From Bugula neritina (lineage: Eukaryota > Animalia > Bryozoa), in NCBI GenBank assembly GCA_964035545.1, contig OZ037767.1, positions 24,134,628-24,198,627 of the forward strand: a stretch of DNA of 64,000 nt, in the 5' to 3' direction. Shown piece after piece: positions 11,904 to 25,034 of the stretch (positions are counted from its first letter, which is position 1; each line of letters starts with the position of its first letter). The position numbers were made by a program, and so were the translations under genes. Below the pieces are notes generated by a model, which saw nothing but the letters and a program-made list of their open reading frames with translations, did no database searches and had not been told where the DNA came from.

Positions 11904-14900
11904 TTAGGAGTTACTCCCTCTCTTCATTTCATATGAGTCAGGTGATTCATCGTCCTCTTCATCTACTTGCTCATAGTCAGGGTCCATTAGCCATGAAGAG
12001 ATCTTTGACATGCTGGCATTTCCTACAACAATTTATATAAAGAGTTAGCCCAAGGAGCTTTAGTGTTGTGTGAATGGTGGTAGTGAAAGATGAAAGAGGC
12101 CCTGATTAAAGGAAGTTGTAACATCTCTTATATGGATTATATTTTACAAACACTAATAAAGAGTGTAGTTTTTAAATAAAAAAGTATCTGGAATAGAGCC
12201 CTAAAATAATATAATGCTTGCAGGTAAAATTTTAATAATTATATAGGAAGTTGTCATCCTGCACAATTTATACACATATATCATAAATGATTGGGGACCT
12301 TTTACTAGTGTGCTAAAAATAAAAGACTAATAAAAAAATTCCTGTTTTAGCTTGCATGTTCAAGGTCCACACAGATTTACTATCATAAAAACAAATCTAT
12401 TAGCTGGAGTAGAAAGTATTAGGATTTATCATCTCTCATATAATGTATTTTAATAATTAGTTGGGTTACATATAAAAATAGGCTGTATAATAAAATATGA
12501 GAAAACCCCAATGAAGAATGCTTGCAAAATGCAATGTTTCCCACCAGCCATGTGACATTGGAACACTAAAATACTAATTTACCAGTGGTGTGTACTGCAT
12601 ATACAACAAATGTTTTCACTGCAAACAATTTTGATACCTAATTTATTACTATGTTTATTATAAGGAGAATAAAACATGCCAATACTCGTGTGAAAACTGA
12701 TTCAAGAGCTCTAAAAGGAAATCTAATGATGCTAGACTTGGCAATGTTGCTGATAGTGTCATATTCACAGAGGGAATTCACATGATCTGTAGAAGTAGGA
12801 GTGCAGCTAACTAACTATGGTGTAACTGCAGTAACAATATCTTTAGACTGGAAAGTTAACTACAGCTGTTGCCACATGGTGTGGTATGAGTAAGCCACCA
12901 GCTTATCTGTTTGATTATAACATTTAAATTAACTGATTCTGAAAGAGATGCATCCTTACCAAGCCCCCTGATTGATTACACCCCTGTGGCAAACGGAAAA
13001 CACTCATAAAGCTGCTAAAGCTATACAGTTAATGAATTATTACATTATTATGTTATCAACGTTCTTATGTTAGTATGTTATCAGTGTTACTGCTTCTTTG
13101 CAGATCTGATTAAATGGCAACAAGTAGTCTCAATAGCGCACTTGAGTTTAGATCCTTACTGATAGGGTGTATCTCTCATCTTAAGGTATATCTCAAATAT
13201 TATGGCTTACTAAGAGTAGATAGAAAGGGGTTTACCGGCAACTATTTTATGGAAGCTGATAGACAATGAATTGCAAGTTTCAGATGAACTTTGCACGGAT
13301 AAAAATCATCTATTGTTATCAATGTATCTGAATCCCAAGGATTATACCAGCTACTATCATAAACAAATACACTAAATGGATTACGGGGATATTATTTGAA
13401 CAACAATTTTGAGAATGATTGGAATTTGCTGTTGTATCAAAACTTGACAGCATCAAAAAGATGAATTGATGTTATCAAACTCTACAGGAAGCTATTGGCT
13501 TGAATCAAGCGAGAAGTTTCTCTGAGGATTAGTGTATCTAAATACTAGGGCACAGAAAATATTACCTGCGAAAAGAAATTCGTAGAGCAGCCCAGCGAGA
13601 ATGCCACCAAATATTGGGCCAACCCAGTACACCCAGTGATCATCCCAATGTCCCAGCACAACAGCTGGTCCAAATGTTCTAGCAGTGTTCATACTGGCTC
13701 CAGTTAATGAGATCTGTATAACATAGGAAGACACGGATCATTAGTTAGCAAAGAACTAAAAGCGGTAGTTAAGTTCACTAACAAAATTAGCTTAAGCTTG
13801 CCAATATATTACGTAAAACTCAATATAGGTGAAGAATTAGGCAGTTGAGAGAATAGCATCAACTCTAACTTACAAATCCAAGATGGCACATGGTAACAGA
13901 TAGACCAATAGCCAGAGGTCCAGACCCGTTCAAGTCATTTCGAGAGCCATCGCATGTTGCAAACACCGTGATGACCAGAACAAATGTAATCAGCAGCTCC
14001 ACAGCACAACCTTGACCTGCTGACACTCCATTTCCAAGAGTTGTCATCCCTTGAATAGACAATAGTATATAGGTGCATGCTTGTCTTTCTTATCTAGCTA
14101 TATGATAGGTGTAGATACATATCCATGCAATTGTAACTCTAAATGTAAATTTTCTTCTATAACTTGCAGAAAATTGAACCAAAAAAGGATTTAGATCAAA
14201 TAAATTTATTTTTTAAAAAACGGTGTTTAATCTTTTGGTGATCAAACATTTGAAATTGATGCAAAATGTAAATAGCTTTTTTGGGTATGGGTGGCAGTTA
14301 TTTGGAATAAAGGTAGCACACGCAGCTTTAATTATGCTGGTTTAAAAAGTCTTTAAAATACCTTACTGAGTAAATAACCATTGTCCACTAGCTCTAATGC
14401 TGTGGTAGTTTTATTGCTTTACTATGTATATTCATACCTCAACAACTTTGAAGGGCCATGTTCAATTATTTTATAACATTTGCTTATTTTTCAAAACTAT
14501 AATCAAAAGTTTGAAAACTTCAACTATATTATTATGTTTAAAAGTTGATCACCTTAATTTCTTATTTAACATATTTTAGATATTGATGACTTAAATAACA
14601 ATTAAGCTAGTCGAAATATAAAAGAAACTGAAAAAACAAACAAAAAGAATTAAAAATTAATCAAGAAAGTTACAAGTGGAATAATATTGTGTTACCTAAA
14701 CCACACTTCGTGGCGTTGAAATCAACATTCATTTTCATAAAGTCAAGTTGCCAGGAACAGGTGAGACCTTTCATTACTAGAGCTCCTAATATTCCTCCAA
14801 TACATTGAAACGCTATGTATAGTATTAGTTTCACCAAACTTATCTGTAAAGAGCATATACAGATATATAGCGGTTAGCCTATTCATTTAACAGATGCTGA

Positions 14901-15346
14901 GGTTAAATGTAAGGCAGGCTATTTTCTTCTGGCAACTGAATATAATGACTTGATAAGTAAATTAAAAAATATTAGAACTTATGTGAAAGCTGTTACCAAG
15001 TATATATTGTACAAGGTACATGTTATAGTTGTATTATATAAAAAAATATTGTAGCTTGCAGTTGTAGAAGTTATCTTACCTTTCTTGTGATGAACATTCC
15101 GGCAGTAACAGCTGGATTAATATGGCCGCCGGAAACATTTGCTAAAAGCCAGACTAAAGTGGCGACTGAAAGGCCGAATGAAAGGCTGATCCTAACATGA
15201 TCTAATTCTTTAAGTCCATAAACACTGCTGCAGGCAACAAACACGAGGAATGCAACTCCCAACATTTCTCCAAGCAGTGCCTTGTAAAACGCGCCAGATT
15301 TGAGATCCTGGACGGAGCTTTCGAAAAACCTGCTGTAAATACCCAT
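11904..15346 (-). CDS. Aquaporin B (AQP4-like, second NPA is NTA), 5 coding exons
   Basis: Exons 15346-15080, 14843-14696, 14049-13874, 13713-13566, 12022-11904 join in frame. Motifs: [30 protein letters not shown]. Acidic tail [39 protein letters not shown]. Confidence 0.93.
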
Positions 15347-17324
15347 CTTCTGTTTTTTACTTCTTTTCTGCAAAATAAAGAGATGGAACATGAAATTAGG
15401 AGTTTTAACGAGGCAATGGAACCTTATGTGACACAAGAACCAATGTAGTAGCTTAGTTAATGTAAGAAAATACAGCTTTGTTACAGCCATCATTGACCAC
15501 AGCTACCCACAGAAAAAACCATTTGCACTAAAAGTAATAAAATTTTTATCTTTATACTCTTTTCATCTTCCCAGTATTATAAATGGCATTTCGATATTTT
15601 GAATTTTACATACAGTGCGAGTTATAGCTTGAGGCCATGCTGAGTATAGAGATAATAATTTGATCTGCACCGTAGAGAGCAAACTATTAGTTTGTTATGC
15701 AGAGTGCTCTATGCTTTCTAATTACATATACTGACGTGGTGATTGAAACCATAGAAGATAACTGTGAAGATGGGTGTGCATAATGTGTTTTCGTTGGAAT
15801 ACCAACTGCAGATGCAAACACTTCCAATGTAATTATGACACTAACATAATATTATAGCAACGCTTTAATGCAAATATATTTATACAATGTGACTGCATGC
15901 AATAATCTAAGGGGTGTAAATTTTTGCCAACTTGGTTTCCATAAACATTGTGCTCTGTTTACTGATGAGGTATGGCAAGTGTAAGGTTATTTGTTGTAAC
16001 AACATGTCAAGGTCAGGGGGCAGCTTGCAGATTATATACATTATAGACACTACGCTAAATAGATACTCAGTGTAAACACCGTAGGTTGATAAACAAGTTA
16101 GTAGTATATACACTGTGGGACAGTAGACAAAAAGGATGTAGCATACCATTAGGTGTATTTATGAGGTAGATAATTGATGTGAATTAGATACCACAAACAA
16201 ACACGATGAATAGCGTCTCAATTAATAGATATGCTAGATATATATTTGTGTTATTGTTTGTATCTATTATTCTATTCATGAGCAGGCTGTATAAAGAACT
16301 GTCTTTTTGTAAAATCATCAAAATATTGTTGAAAAAACCCTTTCAATAAGTTGCATTTCAGTGGTAAGCGTGAATTTTACTGCAAGGAAGCCTAGGCCTG
16401 TAAGCAGATCCTATAGCTGGTAGCAATAGACTAAGACATCAGCCAGACAAATGTAAAGTACTGGTTGGGGTGGGTGAATTAAGGTGCCCTCACTACACTA
16501 CATACTACTATCACAATACCATACAACAAAGCTACAAGAATAGACGAAACTACCTGAACTCTAGACACACTTACAACACACCAAGTATTATACAAAACAA
16601 GGCAATGAATGTTCACCCTGCTGTCACCTTTGAATATCCACCCTGATCTATAAATTTATCTGTTTCCATTGGAGAATCCCCAGAGATGTCTTGTAGATCT
16701 GCCATGCTAGAGAGAAGGTCAGAGCTTTACCTAGCACACAAACACACACTTAGCCTGGTTTGACTGTGATAACAGGTTGCTGTCATGTGATGGGCCGTAG
16801 AAGGCGTATTATTGACACAACATCTATCAGTTTTCACACCATTAACTCACCAGGGTTATAGAATAAGATATGAGAGATTAGTGCAGTGGTAAAGATGGTA
16901 AATACCACAATAAACCAATACAGCGAGAGTAAAATGGAAGAACAGGGGAGGCAAAGACTAACACTAAGCGAAAGCAAAAGCTGAAGCAAAATATTTATTT
17001 GAATAACTATAAGTATAAGGGTTGCTAAAGGAAGGTAAGCGGAAGAAAAGATGTGTAAAAATGTATATCAAGCTGTATAACAATAATAGCTGTATGCTCA
17101 TCTTATAAAGTCTGGAAATTATGTCTCTAAAGTTTTGATTATGGTAGTCAGAAAACATTTTAAAAGTGAAAATTTAAGGATAATTTTTTTTAATATCGCA
17201 CTAATAATAAATTGTCATTGCTATTATCTATATTTTACACTTACTACATACAAGTGAAAAAAATATAAATAATTCTTTCGTGTGAAACAACATTATTTAG
17301 GCCAAATTAATTTTCATCAAAAAT

Positions 17325-17490
17325 ACTTACCAAAATTCCAAGTTTTAAGCAAAGCAAAAGTCAGCAAGTAGTTATTAAGAGATTTCTCTTTGCGCTTCTG
17401 TGTAGCTTACCAAGTCCTTAACACAGAGCTGCTTCTGCAGCAGATTATATACCAGGGGATAATCCCTACCCACCTCTCTTCAACCAATCA
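17325..17490 (-). promoter_or_regulatory. Putative core promoter and non-coding first exon of aquaporin B
   Basis: CCAAT box at 17484-17488, minus-strand TATATAA at 17451-17445, then donors G|GTAAGC (17410) and G|GTAAGT (17330). An acceptor CAG|AAGATG precedes the ATG at 15346. Confidence 0.45.
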
Positions 17491-18057
17491 GCTTCCTTCA
17501 TTCTACAAAACTCTTACATTTATCATTACTGTATTTCCCCTTTTAATAGCCCATGCTTTGATGGCCTCTAACAAATTTTACTGTATCTCTTCATTTAACA
17601 ACATGCGTTTTTAAGCAGTTTATTAGAGCTCTGTTATACAAAGGATTACAAAACTTTTTTGAATAATGTAATATAAAGTCATATTATAAGTTTGCAAAAT
17701 ATTTGATATCTGTCTATTGCTGTGGCAATAGCAGTTCAGAGTAAGGTCATGTAAACAATGGGTGACTAACAGTTGCACTAACATAACCATTGATCTAAGT
17801 TTCTTCATTGCTTATGGTAGATCACTTTAGAGAAAATTGAAATTATCAGTTATTACAAAAATTATTACATCAGATGATTTTATTAGTGTACATGGCATCC
17901 GGCATTTTTATTGGACTGTGTTATCTTTCGAGTTATGTGGTATGAGAAACAATTCTACTTCTGCTTGATATTCAGACATACACTTTAGCATTAATTAAGC
18001 ATTTTCAACCCACCATTCAATAAATTTGATCAAGTGCATATGCAATTAGTCTACAAA

Positions 18058-18560
18058 ACCATTATATACCACCTCCTTATACTGCGCTCTATACCACCAC
18101 TCTGTACCGCCACTCTGTATCACGACTCTATCCCACCACTCCATACCACCACTCTATACCACCATTCTGTATCACGACTCTATACTACCACTCTATACCA
18201 CCACTCTATATCACCACTCTATCCCACCACTCCATACCACCACTCTATACCACCATTCTGTATCACCACTCTATACTACCACTTTATACCACCACTCTAT
18301 ACCACAACTTTATACCACCACTCTATACCACAATTTTATACCGCCACTTTATAACACCACTTTATACCGCCACTCTATACCACCACTCTGTATCACCACG
18401 CTATATACCACTACTTTGTACCACCACTCTGTACCACCACTCTGTACCACCACTCTTGATCACCACTCTATACCACCACTCTGTACCACCACTCTTTATT
18501 ACCACTCTATACTACCACTCTGTACAACCACTCTTTATTACCACTTTATACCACCACCAC
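18058..18560. repeat. ~13-bp minisatellite (TACCACCACTCTA)
   Basis: Dozens of degenerate tandem copies. Confidence 0.9.
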
Positions 18561-18841
18561 AAACACTGTTATTTTCACATAGCTGTGCTCTAACAATTTT
18601 AATTTGAACAATTTGCTTACAATTGCTTGCCCAGTAAAGTTAGAGAGTGTAATAACATTCAAACTTAGAGATGAAGCAGTGTAGATGAGTTTCTATCCAT
18701 TAGGAATTGCCAGCTTCACCATAATTCTACTGTATAAATTGCAATGGTTTATGCATAACACCAAAGCTTCTAACCAATCACCCTATCAATAACTATCAAT
18801 AACTATACCATGCCATCAGACACCTAGCTGCTTGACACCTT

Positions 18842-19609
18842 CACTGCATTTCCATGAAGGCGAATGTATGCGTACAGATGCCCGTACGGATTACATCGAA
18901 GGAAAAACCACAAGTTCCTATGCAATCTGTACGAAGTTATCTCCTCTTTGCAATTGTGACGGCTGAACTATTAATATGGCCAACTTTGAGTTTGAGTTCA
19001 TGCACAACGGCAAGTTTTTAATTCTGTTCTCATTTTTGATAGATTAAATCAATTAAATACACAATTTTGAGTCAGTTTATTTAAAATAAAAGAGCATAAT
19101 ACAATGAAAGCATAAAGTATTTCTTGATCGATAAACTTAAGCTTAAAAGTAATTTAAATTTTCAAAATGAAAATAGCTGTCAACTTATTTTTAGCTTGAG
19201 AAAGCTTTGGCTTACGGAAAAAATTTACAAATTTAAGATGATTAGTAACTATTTTAAATAATAGCAGCTATGATAAATAAAATAATTTAAATTTTTAAAA
19301 GCCGAAGTACACTTTAGCGAAGGTTGTAACTTATAATTATTGTTTACATCGCGTAACTATGTAACTAGCCGCCACAAATGCTGATCTCTGCCTCCGGCAC
19401 AAAAGGTTTCAGTCGATTTAACCGAAGGAACCATTTCCATCATGCGCATAATCACTGCGTTTCCATGACTGCGCATAATGCGAATGAATGCTTCGTACGG
19501 ATTATTTGTGGTTGGCATTAACTTATAGTTGCGGTTTCATCCGATGTAACTGTGTCCATTAGCCGAATGAAAAAATCCATTCGCATATTGCGATAATGGA
19601 AACGCAGTG
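18842..19609. mobile_element. Non-autonomous CACTA/EnSpm-like DNA transposon (768 bp)
   Basis: Termini CACTGCATTTCCAT ... ATGGAAACGCAGTG, 3-bp TSD CTT on both sides. Subterminal inverted similarity (TTACATCG, GTACGAAG) and an internal copy of the end at ~19453. Confidence 0.75.
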
Positions 19610-22600
19610 CTTAAGACTAAGCTGTTGCACAACAATAAACAGCAAAAACCATTGAAACAAAGTAATCTATTCGCAGTTACCCAAAAATATAGTTGAAAAT
19701 TCAACAGAATAACTTTAGCGTGACAAAAAATGTGACACCTGTTAAAATGGCACATTTTATCACATATTCACTTGGCAGCTATGCACAATAAAACAAGCTC
19801 ATCAAGATAGATCCTGGATCAAATCTACTATAAATGTATACGTAATATTATATTATAATTTGTTGTATTCCAGGAGTTTGGATGAGAAATGTAAATATAA
19901 TGGAGGAACTTAAATCTTTTATACATAAATATCAATACATAAATATTACGGAAGATATTGTATATGCATTTGACATCTAGGTAGCAATATTTCTTTAGAT
20001 TGTGGCTGATATTTGGAATATTATTTATTGTTCAATTCAGCTGTCATATTGCGCCACAAATATAGTACCTTTATTTACAGTAATTATGCAGCTAGCAACA
20101 TTGGGCTATTAATTAAAGTAACATGATTGATGCAGCAGCCAATACACAATTACACCTATACTAATATATCACCCATAAAATAACTGCCATAACTTGAAGT
20201 TCCAACATTTTTCTCATACTCAAAGAAAAAGTCAGTAGCATATAGCTTAACCTTGAAAGTAAATTTGACAGTTAAGGATATGGTGGGAAAAAGCGATCCC
20301 TCAACTGTTATTGGTATGCAAATTAACCTAGCTCAAAACCCCAAAATATATAATCAATCAAATGCCTAAAACTGATGACCAGGTGTTACAAAACTTTTGA
20401 ATAGTTTTATTTTTAGTTTCATAGGTTCCGGGTAGAATTTTAAATCACAACATAGTCAATTAAGAAAACTTGCCATTTTGAAAAACGTTTGAAAATCATT
20501 TTAGAAATATTACAGCTTAATTGCTCGAATATTTCCCTTGCTTTAATAACTTAATATTTAAAAGATAGCCCTTACATTGGAAAATCAATGTATTTTAATT
20601 TCAAAAGAACAAAAATGTATATTTGGTTGGTATACCAGTTTAACGCATATTTATTAAAAGCATTTATTGCAAACTACTCGTAAATATTGTTTAAGAAGTT
20701 ATTGGTTAAATTATTGTCTTATATAATTCTAAATTATTTTCCAAACTTTCAAAACAGTTTCAGTTCAGACTGGTAAACTAAAGCTAGAGATTAGAGACTT
20801 ACTGTAACAGATGAAAATGGTGTTGAAAGCTTCACAATGTGTTTATTTGAAGATCTTAACTTGCAAAATACATTCACAGCATCAAGTTAAAAGCATTAAA
20901 TCATAGGCCTATATGTATATGGCAATTTTCTAAAGTATATCATTATACACAATGCTGAGCAGATTTTGTAAAAGAAAAGCATATTTGTATCTTATGTTTT
21001 TCAATAATGCTGGTCATAAATTCACCAAAAAAAGAACTTGCCAGTTTAGCCTCTGTACCAGAGAGCTCTAATCCCACTCTCATTATAGTCTGAGCTCCTT
21101 AAGTGCATACTATGTGGTTAGTCACTTCCCCTCTTAGCACAGGATGTGGGTGTAGAATCTACCAAAGGAAATTCACTGTGTCTGAGAAGCTGTCCTAAAT
21201 TCTAATTTCTTGTTCAACAGTTACAGGTTTATACGTAAAAACTGTGTGAATCAACTTGTTTGTTTATCGTTTCTCACCATGGGATATGTTGGCAACCCTG
21301 CAGCTTTGTTTACAATAGTGTTGCATACTATTATTAATCTTAACGTTATATGACTTGCTCTTTGCTCAGCTTACGCCCTATAATACAGTTTTATGTTAGT
21401 TTTATTGCCATGTGGGCTTAATAGAGAAAAGTGGTGACGTAGTTGTTAATTATATAGGATTATTAATAAAATATTTATTGAAAAACTGATAACTATACTC
21501 ATACTTATTTATTTTATATGGTATTTTAATGCCCTCCAGTCTGCCAACACTATTCCTAGAATCTAATCTTTTTAATATTGATAAATAGCAGCTTTGCAAT
21601 GAGGTTTCACTAGATGTGTGAATCATAAATCAGTTCACATTAGATTTCTTTGAAAATCAAATCATAATTTTTCGTAAATAAATTTCAATAAAATATGTAA
21701 ACAAAATATAAAGTTGAAATAACAGCCAATATATCAGCGTATAAATGATAATATCAAAACAAACGGGACAATTTTTCTATATTACGCTACCAACCAATTC
21801 AGGATCTTGTGAACTAGCTATACAATGTAATAGCAAGCATAACAAACTTTGAAATACTCTATATATGATGCAACTTTGTATAACATAAAAACATATTTTT
21901 GAATTTATTCAAGGAATACTCATATAATGGCATATAATGTTGGAATTATTTAAAATTATTTGCAAAGAAGTTAACAACTTTTTAAATATATTGATAATAT
22001 TGAAATATATGTTGAAGATAAACCAAAAAGAAGAATGGGCCAACAACACCTCAAGTCAAAAACTGGTGCCTTTACACTTTCCCCAGGTCAGTTGTTTATC
22101 AAGTAACGCCACGTGGATGATGTAAATTATATACACTTGGTGCAAAAGTTTAGAAGAAATCAGATTACTTTTCATTGTCATATATCCAAACAATAGCTGA
22201 AACAGGAGTAGCTGGGAGAATAGACTCCAGAGATCAAGGCTCACTTTCTTGTGTGTAATGAAACCTAGTAAAACACTCAGTGCAATACAATCTTGTATAC
22301 GGTCCCTCTGATTTTAAGGAAAAACATTTAGACTAATTGTTATCAAAGCAATCATGTTACAATAGAGGGGAGGGGTGCAAAAAGTATGATACATTGCTGA
22401 TGGAACTTGTGATAATTCGTAGATCACTTTACTGGCAACTCTATGAATGGCTTTTGAATAGCAATATTTGATCCACAGTCTGCGATACGATTTCTAAAAT
22501 ATCATATAGAGTTTAAGGAATTACGGAACAGTTGTGGATTATTTTATGATTTCCTAAGTACTTTGCAACTGCATGCCATATTCAGTAGTTAAGATGAATG

Positions 22601-23619
22601 ACCCATGAGTTAGAGTTAGCCAATGCTGTACAGGATACACTTACAAAGTCATGCCAGCTATCATGCATAATATAACCAACAACTGTCTACATCAAGTATG
22701 TAGTTCTTAGGAGAAGATATATTTTGTTGCCTCCGTACTTTTATAAACCTTGTGAGATAGCTCTATTGACTGTTGGCTATTATTTCAAGTCATCTGCACT
22801 AACCCATTCACAAAGCAGCTCAATTAGTATAGTCATTTGTGACTAAAAAGAACAGTTAGAAATATGAAGTAAATGCAGGTCTAGTATAGCAAATATCTCA
22901 AGCTTATCTAATGCAAGATATGAAAGCATTTGCTGGCTTTATTTGCCAGAAAACAGTTTATTATTATTACTAATGTGGTGCTGGTAATTAGTTTGAAACA
23001 CGCTGTGAGATGCAGGAGGAAGGGGATGAGTGAGCTGCCCCTCTTTATACACAAAATGAAAAGATCTTAAACTATTATACATATTTAGCCTATATATGTA
23101 GATGTTTCTGGCCACTTTCTTACTGGGTTTATGTATTTAACCAGTATAATCCTATGAGAAAGAAAAACATTATTATTGAAATAATAAATCAAACTCAGGT
23201 ATGTTGAATGCTTTAAAGATGAAGCAGTTTCAACAGATTAATGTTTCATGTGTGGTATATTATAGGTGACAAGTTGCTTTAATTGCTCATATGCTATAAA
23301 TTCTTAAACAATCATCAAACAGTCAACGTTAGACATCCTGCTTTGAGGCTATATAAATTAGGACTTAGGAAACATATACATTTCCAATTGGAACCACACA
23401 TGTATATATTTTGTCAATTAGAAAGCTTAAAAAAAGATTTCTTTGAAAAAAAAGGAAAGTGTTATGTATATTTACTGATGGTGTATAGTGTTACAGTCTA
23501 ACAAACCTAGTACTCAGCGCTTCAGCTAAACAATTTAGCTATAAAGCACATGCAAAGGGAAATATTTGGTCATATGCAGTGCGGCATTATGTACATAATG
23601 CCAGATCAGAGAATACATA

Positions 23620-24377
23620 CACTAACTTTCCATGGATCGATCTCAGATCGATCTCGCTGAGGTCGATTTGAGAAATGTGCTCAGCGAGATCGTTTTTCCA
23701 TGACAATATCAGATCGATCTCTCGGAGTTGCTTCCTCTTAAGTTAAGAATATTTTAATAGTATAATTTGTTCACCTATTTGAGTGATTAAAGCTACTATT
23801 GTTGAAAACAAGATTGTCGTAGTCTAAAAATTAATCCCAGCTATAAACTATACGCAGCAAAGCTTTTAGTGTAAAGTAATTTGGCCAACTTGAAATTAAA
23901 ATATTTTAATTTTTTAGCTTGATAGCTTATATAAAATTAATAGCTGTCTTGCAGATTATTAATAAACTTAGAGGACAATTGGGCTTAAAATTACACAGCA
24001 AATAGCTAATGAAACTAAGTTTTCATATTCTTTAAAATTCAATTTAAATGCTCCCATTTCTTTACCTTCTACCGCATATAATTGAGTTTTCCTAATCATT
24101 GTACTTAAAGTCAAAATTTTGGCATCTGAAAAGGTGGCTATCATAATTATTAGGTACTTTGCTTAGTAATTATCAATAAATTATCATTTTTATTAGCAGA
24201 CAACATTGTAGCGAGCAGTCTTTTTCTACTTCTCAGATCATCTTTCCATGGTCTTATCGGCTTGAGATCGATCTGAGTTCGATCTCTACAGACCGACCAG
24301 CTCAGAACGACTGAGATCGATCTTTGATGTCTTTCCATGGATCGATCCTGCTGAGATCGATTTATGAAAAGCCGGTG
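23620..24377. mobile_element. Non-autonomous CACTA/EnSpm-like DNA transposon (758 bp)
   Basis: Left end CACTAACTTTCCATGGATCGATCTCAG; reverse complement of right end CACCGGCTTTTCATAAATCGATCTCAG. 3-bp TSD ATA. Many subterminal AGATCGATCT and TTCCATG repeats. Confidence 0.7.
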
Positions 24378-25034
24378 ATAGTGTTTTGTGTTTTTGCAGA
24401 GTAGATACTGTACAATGATGTAATATATTTACAGAGAAGAATATGCTGGTAATGATTATAGTAGAGTTACCAATTTGAGTAGGCTAGGCGTGGTAAATAA
24501 TTTAACAAGTAAATGTAATCTGATATAGCAGTAGTAAATTATAATATATGTAATTCTTAGAAAATTGAAGTTCTTGGAAAATGTACTGTTCTTGAGAGAG
24601 TAAATAATTGCAGATATATGAGGTCTTCATTCCTTTTATGTTTAACTCTTACTTCTGTATTTCACAAGTCATACTTTTAAGATATTCCACCAGCTTGCTG
24701 CTGAGGTTTGCCTGTCTCCCTGAAACGCTCGGTAAGATGACTGCTGTGACAGGTTGATGTAATGATACATTATTATAATATCTGCTCCATCACGGTATGT
24801 AGACTACACTGTATCTGCAAAACTCAAGAAAGAATACATATTTTGAAAGCAATGGACTTGTTCCTTGAAATATGCAAATTTACATGAGCTAGGCGCCGTG
24901 ATGCTACATGGAAATTGCTTTAAACAGGAATGCATCAATATACCAAACGTATAATTTCTAGCTCTTTGAATAATGCAAATATAATATGCTTTATAGTAAT
25001 ATGGTATATATCACATACAAGTGATTGTGGTATA

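Noticed and set aside
15347-15493. N-terminal extension of aquaporin B in the ORF track
   Set aside because: It lies mostly upstream of a splice acceptor at ~15350, and similarity to the paralogue starts near the ATG at 15346.
18034-18607. His/Thr/Pro-rich ORFs
   Set aside because: Translations of the TACCACCACTCTA minisatellite; no supporting gene structure.
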